Source of the DNA: Promethearchaeota archaeon Loki_b31
Lineage (GTDB): Archaea; Asgardarchaeota; Lokiarchaeia; Sigyniarchaeales; SOKP01
Length of the DNA: 55,265 bases
Direction of reading: 5' to 3'
NCBI GenBank assembly: GCA_005222975.1
Contig: NJBI01000017.1
Location: 1-55,265, forward strand
In this document: positions 49,707 to 55,265 of the stretch, in pieces
Numbering within the stretch: position 1 is the stretch's first letter
How the letters are laid out: the number at the start of each line of letters is the position of its first letter
The notes under the pieces: generated by a model
Databases searched by the model: none
The model's input: the letters and a program-made list of their open reading frames with translations, nothing else
What the model was told of the DNA's origin: nothing
Position numbers and translations under genes: made by a program

Positions 49707-49810
49707 AACTTCCAAAATATATTCTACAAATTAATTTTTTTTTTTTTTCTAATATACTTATTATTTAAAGTATTAACGCTCATTTTTCTATAAATTTGTA
49801 AAAAGGAGGG

Positions 49811-50152
49811 ATGTTCTTGAATATTATTATTAGGTTTACTACAGAGAAAGACATACCTCAGGTTTTAAGGATAGAAAACGATAATTTTGCAGAACCATGG
49901 ACTAAAGAAATGTTTAATATTATGTTAAGAAAGGAATTTCTTCAAAATGTTGAAGAGTCACATAATTTTTATGTTTGTGAAAATAACAGTAAAATTATAG
50001 GGTACATCATCTGGGAAAATGAATATTTCTTTAATAAAGACGAGGGATTCTTGTATTATATTGGGTATGTTATGAACTTTGCAGTAGTCCAAGAAGAGAG
50101 AAGTAAAATAATTATAGACTTTTATGATAAAATAAGAGAAGAAATAATGTAG
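49811..50152 (+). pseudogene. RimI-like GNAT acetyltransferase truncated after motif A start and fused to an HD-gene 3' end
   Basis: IR..T.KDI..V..IE...F.EPW, KIIGY, YVMNFAV, then EERSKIIIDFYDKIREEIM from the repeat. Confidence 0.7.
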
Positions 50153-50174
50153 ATTTACTTGAGTTTCAATATCA
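50092..50174 (+). repeat. 83-bp direct repeat, right copy
   Basis: 78/83 identical to 47321-47403; spans the stops of both convergent genes. Confidence 0.9.
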
Positions 50175-51396
50175 TGCTCAAAAGAATTGGAAATTTCTCT
50201 TCTGTGCCCCAGATGACATAAATTTTATCGTCAATAGGAATCGCGACATGTTTAGCAAGAGTAATCCAACCACTTCCAACATTCTTAGCCGCATCACTTC
50301 CCGCTTTAAATTTTAAATACATAATGGCTCCTAAGTAATCTTGGATTTCTATGTCTTCAACTTTGATATCTTCTAAATCTTGAATAATATATTCTTTATT
50401 TCCTTTATCTGGTTGTAAACTATTCCAAATTTTCTCGTACGATAATTGTAAAGCTGCCCGAATCACAATCTTATTTTCTATAGCTCTATCGTATTCCAAA
50501 ATTATAAGACCGCAATCTTTATCTACACCTCTTATTCCAAGCGTGTTAAAGTCGTACGATTTTTCTTCATATGCCTGAAAGTCTTTTTTAGCTTCAACAA
50601 TATCAATCCACCCATTTTCAAGATCCTCACCCATTATATACCGAAAACTTTTTAATATATTTAATTCCTCCTCTTTATCTTGAATAATCTCATCGATTAA
50701 AGCATTTAGTGGCCTTGCAACATATATTTGTATGCCACTTGGAGTTCTTGATACCTTTTCTACCCAATAATTTTTAACTAAACGATCAATTATTCGATAT
50801 ATTGTAGTTCTTTTGATTTCCAGTTCTTTATTTATATTTCCAATTTTATCTCCTTTCTCTCCTTTTTTCAACAAAGTTAAATAAACTCTAGCCTCTTCTA
50901 AGCTTAAACCTGCTTTTAGTAAACCTAATCTTTGCAAATTTTGGGTTTCATCGAGCAAAACTTTTGGAGTGGCCCACTTTATTTCCTCGACTTTTCCTAA
51001 AGGAGTGTCAGGTTCTAAATAAGGTTTTTTAGACCTAAGTTTTCCCAAAGTTCTTGATGCTTCCATTAATCCTAGGTGAATTTGTCCTTCAGGTTCAATT
51101 TTACAAATAATTTTCCGTTCTTCTTCTTTAAACCCAATAACGCTTCCCTTCTTATCTAAAGTACTAGCAACAAGCCTTTCAGTAGAGATTTGAAGAATTA
51201 TATACTTAATTCCAGAAATAGTAATATATCTTTCATCTAAATTTCGCCAGGTCGTGTTTATGTTTTCTATATCGTTACTAATATCCCAATTATCTGACGA
51301 ATATACAATCTTATTTTCATCTTCAATAATAGCTGTTGATATTATTTTAGAGTCGGGTTTTATATATTTATTAAGAACAGATATGTATTTTTCCAT
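50155..51396 (-). CDS. Loki-profilin-like domain fused to TrmB-type HTH and an unknown C-terminal domain
   Basis: AIIE...IVYSSDNWDISND...ITISGIKYIILQ...ERLVAS...KGSVIG (profilin-like); GLSLEEARVYLTLL...I.RTTIYRIIDRL...WV (TrmB HTH). Confidence 0.7.
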   Translation of the reverse strand: MEKYISVLNKYIKPDSKIISTAIIEDENKIVYSSDNWDISNDIENINTTWRNLDERYITISGIKYIILQISTERLVASTLDKKGSVIGFKEEERKIICKIEPEGQIHLGLMEASRTLGKLRSKKPYLEPDTPLGKVEEIKWATPKVLLDETQNLQRLGLLKAGLSLEEARVYLTLLKKGEKGDKIGNINKELEIKRTTIYRIIDRLVKNYWVEKVSRTPSGIQIYVARPLNALIDEIIQDKEEELNILKSFRYIMGEDLENGWIDIVEAKKDFQAYEEKSYDFNTLGIRGVDKDCGLIILEYDRAIENKIVIRAALQLSYEKIWNSLQPDKGNKEYIIQDLEDIKVEDIEIQDYLGAIMYLKFKAGSDAAKNVGSGWITLAKHVAIPIDDKIYVIWGTEEKFPILLSMILKLK

Positions 51397-51488
51397 TATT
51401 TTATTACCACCCCTTACTTCTTCATTTATTTGTATTAGTATTATAGTTAATATTATTAAAAAAAAAAATTTAATTAGGTTTTAAAAGT

Positions 51489-52049
51489 TTAAAAACATCG
51501 ATGGATTACCCCTGGTCCAATTTCTTTGTATTCACGGCGAGTTATCCACATTCTACGAAATGTTTTCAGAGAACTTAATATTGAACCGCCAATCCAAACA
51601 GAATACATTCTTTCAGGAGGAGAAAGTATCCTTACATCGATCGATTCTGGAACCAATTCTTTTATTTCTTTTGTTAAACGCTCTTTAATACCAGGAAACA
51701 TAGTAGATCCTCCTGAGAGAACGATGTTACTGTAAAGATCTCGCCTTAGATCTACATCACATTCAGAAATGGCATCTACTAGGATATTGTCTAAAGGATC
51801 TAATTCTTTTCCTAATACCGACGGATTAAAAAAGCTTTCTGGTGCTAAAAATCTTTTAATTCCTACATTGATAACCTCTCCATCGGGTAACATAAAACTT
51901 TTTTCCATTCCAGAAACTTTCTTTGAGAGAATCATTTCTTTTTCTGGATCAGTAGCTACATAGCATAGCTTCTCCTTGACATCTCTTACTATTTCTTTTT
52001 CTGCGGAAGATGTAAAGGAATATCCCTTTTGCCTTAATAATCTCTGCAT
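51489..52049 (-). pseudogene. C-terminal half of an Asgard actin (Lokiactin-like); N-terminal half missing
   Basis: GYSFTSSAEKEIVRDVKEKLCYVA, LPDG, RF.APE..F.PS, DLRRDLYSNIVLSGGSTMFPGI.ERL, ERMYSVWIGGSIL.SL, IHRCF. Confidence 0.85.
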
Positions 52050-52164
52050 TATCTTCAGGCTTATTTAGAATTTCAGTTAAAGCAAAAAATCGAACTGAAG
52101 GATTATTTTCTTCTAAAAGCCAATCTATAGGGTCCTCATTTAACAAGGATTTCCAATCATTCAT
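52027..52164 (-). pseudogene. N-terminal fragment of a prenyltransferase/squalene-cyclase-like repeat protein fused onto the actin fragment
   Basis: W...L..DPIDWLLEENNPSVRFFALTEIL start; frame runs out inside the actin sequence. Confidence 0.55.
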
Positions 52165-52251
52165 TTTTTTTCGCTCTTAATTAAAAATTTACTTTCATAT
52201 TTAAAAATTATTCTCATTAATTTTTAATTCTGATAAACATTCATTAAAACC

Positions 52252-52989
52252 ATGTCAAATGAAATACCACAAAATGAAAATGATGAGAGTGATAAACCGC
52301 TTCCTCTTTGGACAATAGCGCTCATCCCAGTATACATTTCTGTCTTATTTATAATCATATTTTTCCCCCTTGCTCAAGATTGGTCATGGATTGAAGCTTG
52401 GTTATTCATCATATCATTTGTTATTAACCTGACAATCAGTTTCTATCTCATAAACAAGAAGAATCCGCGAGTTCTTCGGAACCGGATGAAGGTGAAAAAA
52501 GTCGGTGTCACAGAGAAAACAAAAAGTTCCGCAGGATCAGATAAATTTGTATTGCCGATTCTTGCTATCGGATTTATTGGTGCAATAATATTACCAGTAT
52601 TCGATTACCGCAATCAATGGTCTACAATTCCTTTCACGGTGGAGATTATAAGTCTTGTAGTTACGAATATTGGTCTAATAATCATGGATATCGCAATGGT
52701 ACAAAATGCATACGCATCAAAACTACTGGATATAAACAAAGACCAAAAACTCATCGATACAGGGTTATACAGTCATGTTCGCCATCCACTCTACTCGGGA
52801 GCAGTTTTAATGATACTTGGTATGCCCATTGCGTTAGGATCGTGGATATCATTAATTCCCGCTGCAATCGGAGTATTATCTTTAATAATCCGGATAAAAT
52901 TCGAAGAGGAAATGCTCATTAAGGGAATGGACGGCTATATTGAATATCGAACTCGAGTAAAATACAAAATAATACCAAAAATCTACTGA
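52252..52989 (+). CDS. Isoprenylcysteine carboxyl methyltransferase (ICMT/PEMT) family membrane protein
   Basis: LIDTGLYSHVRHPLYSG, RIKFEEEML, Y..RV.Y.IIP. Confidence 0.85.
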   Translation: MSNEIPQNENDESDKPLPLWTIALIPVYISVLFIIIFFPLAQDWSWIEAWLFIISFVINLTISFYLINKKNPRVLRNRMKVKKVGVTEKTKSSAGSDKFVLPILAIGFIGAIILPVFDYRNQWSTIPFTVEIISLVVTNIGLIIMDIAMVQNAYASKLLDINKDQKLIDTGLYSHVRHPLYSGAVLMILGMPIALGSWISLIPAAIGVLSLIIRIKFEEEMLIKGMDGYIEYRTRVKYKIIPKIY

Positions 52990-53282
52990 CATAATGCTAA
53001 AATTTGATCCATAGTATGGTCATCGATATTTAACACGTTTAAAGATTATCCATATAAGATTTTCAATTTAATAGCAAACTTTTATTAACGATTTTTTGCT
53101 AAGTTTTTTTACGATATTGAGTAAAATATTTCATATTTAAACCTAACCATAAAAAAAATAATATTCCTAAATTAATTTAGGAATCCATTTTGGAACTTTC
53201 TTCTTATATTCTTGGTATTTTTATATAAAAATTTATATTTAGTTCAATTATTATTTTCTTTAAAAATCAATAATTTTTAAGT

Positions 53283-54098
53283 TTATTTCTTCATTGATAG
53301 AATCTCTTTTTTTATAAAAGGTTTTAAATTCTTTCCTTTTTTCCAATACCATTCAAATAACTCTGTTGTCCAATTTATGAAGGATTCATTATTATCAATT
53401 AAACATTGGCTATAATCGATTTGTCCAACTTTACTTAAAAAAAGAATCGCACCTTTATCAGAAGCTATAAGGGAAAAGTTAATTTTTTTTAATATTCGAA
53501 TATTTTGATATATTTGTAATTTTTTATAAAATACAATTGGATCCTGAAATTTTTGAGACCATTCACTAGGAATCTTGTAAGATTTTAATAGACTTTTATC
53601 TACTAATGCCTTTATCTTAATTGATTGGTCTTTGATTTTTTTTTCTATAATCGGTAGAAGTGAATTCTGAAATTGATCTGAGATCGCATAGATAAAATTC
53701 TCTGAATTTTTAACTAAGTTTGACCATAATTCAACATTTTCTAAAGTCTTATTGCTAACTTCAATAGATTTTAATTTTCCTAATTGTAATATTAAGTGTA
53801 CGGGTATAGCGGTGATTTCATGTGTGTTTAAGAAATCTTTATGATACAAAGACACTTCAAAGATATTCATTATTTGTAAGAAGATTTTTCCAATATTTGT
53901 TACCTCATAAATGTTATTAGCGCTCTTACTGATTAAATTCTTTTTAAATAATCTTTTTAGATGACGCGAAATTTCAGATCCAGGAATATTCAATTCCTTT
54001 TCGAGTTGACTATGACGCTTGTCTTTATTATATAAACTTTTAAATACATTATACCGTTCTTTATTGGAAAATTCAAATAATACTTCATTTAAATCCAA
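53283..54098 (-). CDS. Archaeal wHTH transcriptional regulator with C-terminal DUF1724/FilR1-like domain
   Basis: LFEFSN..R, EISRHLKRL, Y.VT.IG, W..ELFEWYW. Confidence 0.7.
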   Translation of the reverse strand: MDLNEVLFEFSNKERYNVFKSLYNKDKRHSQLEKELNIPGSEISRHLKRLFKKNLISKSANNIYEVTNIGKIFLQIMNIFEVSLYHKDFLNTHEITAIPVHLILQLGKLKSIEVSNKTLENVELWSNLVKNSENFIYAISDQFQNSLLPIIEKKIKDQSIKIKALVDKSLLKSYKIPSEWSQKFQDPIVFYKKLQIYQNIRILKKINFSLIASDKGAILFLSKVGQIDYSQCLIDNNESFINWTTELFEWYWKKGKNLKPFIKKEILSMKK

Positions 54099-54351
54099 AA
54101 TCTTTCACTTTTTATTCTAATTATTTTTAACTTCAATCAATTAGGTTTAAACTCCTAAAATAAAGATTATTTAAATTAATATAAAATTGTTCGTATTGTT
54201 TCAATTTATTTAAGATTTATTAAATTTGCTTATAATTAGTTTAGAAACGTTCTAAGTTTTATTTTTTAAGTTTATTGGAATAGATTTACTTAATATTAAA
54301 TTATTAAAATTAAAAATTTTTTTTATTTAAAAAGAAAAAAGGTGTATCAAT

Positions 54352-54648
54352 TTGTATGAAGAATTAGAATTAAGAGCGCTCAAATTATTAGCAAAAAGTT
54401 TTGAATATAATCAAGCTTTACATATGGAAGCGGATCAGATGGCAACTTTACTTGGAGTGAAGAAAAAAGATATTCAACCAGTTTTAAAGACTTTAGGAGA
54501 AGCTAAACTTGCTAGCCTTTATATAGAGCGTGAAAAAGTAAAATTAGCAAAAATTTCATGGCAAGGACTCAATGAAATTGGAGATGTTAATTTGAAATTT
54601 GGTATGGGAAAAGATGCATATGCAAATTATAAAAAGGAGGGGCTCTAA
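54352..54648 (+). CDS. Small wHTH-like hypothetical protein
   Basis: MATLLGVKKKDIQPVLKTL...KISWQGL. Confidence 0.6.
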   Translation: MYEELELRALKLLAKSFEYNQALHMEADQMATLLGVKKKDIQPVLKTLGEAKLASLYIEREKVKLAKISWQGLNEIGDVNLKFGMGKDAYANYKKEGL

Positions 54649-54653
54649 TAAAG

Positions 54654-55265
54654 ATGATAGATTACATGCCATGGTGGACAGAGAAGAATAAAAAATTTGC
54701 TGATGAGTGTGAAAATTTCATTGATACTGAACTCCAACCACGGGCTATAAAACTATTGGAGCAAAATTTGGATCCAATGGAAATCCAATGGGAAGCTTCC
54801 AAATTATGCATTGATAAAGGTTTCCATCCTTTAATGATATTGGCAGAAGAAGAGTTCGGTGGGCTTGATCAAGGTTATGCTGGATATACCATACTAAATG
54901 AAGAAGTCGGTCGATCCATGATTAATATAAACCCTTTACTTACAAGCGTTTTTGGGGCGGGCCCTATTCATCTTTTCGGTACCCAAGCCCAAAAAGAGAA
55001 GTTCATGATACCACTTATTAAAGGGGAAAAATGGGCTTCAATTACAGTTACAGAGCCTGATGTGGGTAATGACGCCGCGGGAATTCAATTAAGCGCTGTC
55101 CAAGATGGAGATGAATGGGTATTAAATGGTTGGAAGCGATTCATCACGCTAGGAGCCATTTCAGATTATCACATGTTGTATGCCAATTCAGACCCCGATG
55201 CTCGAAGAATTTATAGGCATTTAACTGCCTTCTACCTATCAGCTGACTTACCGGGGATAACTTAT
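54654..55265 (+). CDS. Acyl-CoA dehydrogenase, partial (runs off the window)
   Basis: ATG 54654; FGGL, FGTQAQKEKF, TEPDVGND, DEWVLNGWKRFIT. Confidence 0.85.
   Translation, partial: MIDYMPWWTEKNKKFADECENFIDTELQPRAIKLLEQNLDPMEIQWEASKLCIDKGFHPLMILAEEEFGGLDQGYAGYTILNEEVGRSMININPLLTSVFGAGPIHLFGTQAQKEKFMIPLIKGEKWASITVTEPDVGNDAAGIQLSAVQDGDEWVLNGWKRFITLGAISDYHMLYANSDPDARRIYRHLTAFYLSADLPGITY

Noticed and set aside
42886-50174. Diversity-generating retroelement TR/VR pair explaining the duplicated 3' ends
   Set aside because: No reverse transcriptase in the window, and the mismatches are not adenine-specific; they look like codon-level allelic divergence.
1-55265. tRNA or rRNA genes
   Set aside because: No GC-rich cloverleaf or rRNA-like segment seen by eye.

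Overview
AT-rich archaeal window, very probably from an Asgard archaeon (Lokiarchaeia-like). The assignment is inferred from a Loki-type profilin domain, a Lokiactin-like fragment, a small GTPase and an Smc5/6-like SMC with putative kleisin and kite genes. The backbone carries Maf, a RimK-type ligase, the SMC operon, a Liv ABC transporter, an acyl-CoA ligase, an HD hydrolase and a partial acyl-CoA dehydrogenase, and it is interrupted by several accessory insertions. Main observations: (1) Three copies of an unrecognised two-gene cassette: a ~203-aa ORF coupled by an ATGA overlap to a large ORF with a constant ~280-aa Zn-finger head and three completely different nuclease tails (tandem HNH_3; Zn-ribbons plus PD-(D/E)XK/Vsr-like; wHTH plus Zn-HNH). 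All three share a fixed-spacing upstream motif. Copies 1 and 3 are followed by a diverged duplicate of the 3' end of the gene just upstream, suggesting a homing-like element that replaces gene ends. (2) A 31-nt insertion in acr3 that folds as a canonical bulge-helix-bulge intron; removing it restores full-length Acr3. (3) An ars-linked SAM-methyltransferase::HgcA-like fusion with an HgcB-like ferredoxin. Downstream is an ORF ending GC-UGA-UGA whose frame stays open up to a eukaryote/Loki-type SECIS, a candidate new selenoprotein. (4) A defence-like island (TIR, DUF3800, two HEPN-like, PD-(D/E)XK) between two arsR copies. (5) A profilin-TrmB fusion next to a truncated actin. All calls were made by eye from motifs; no database searches were run.
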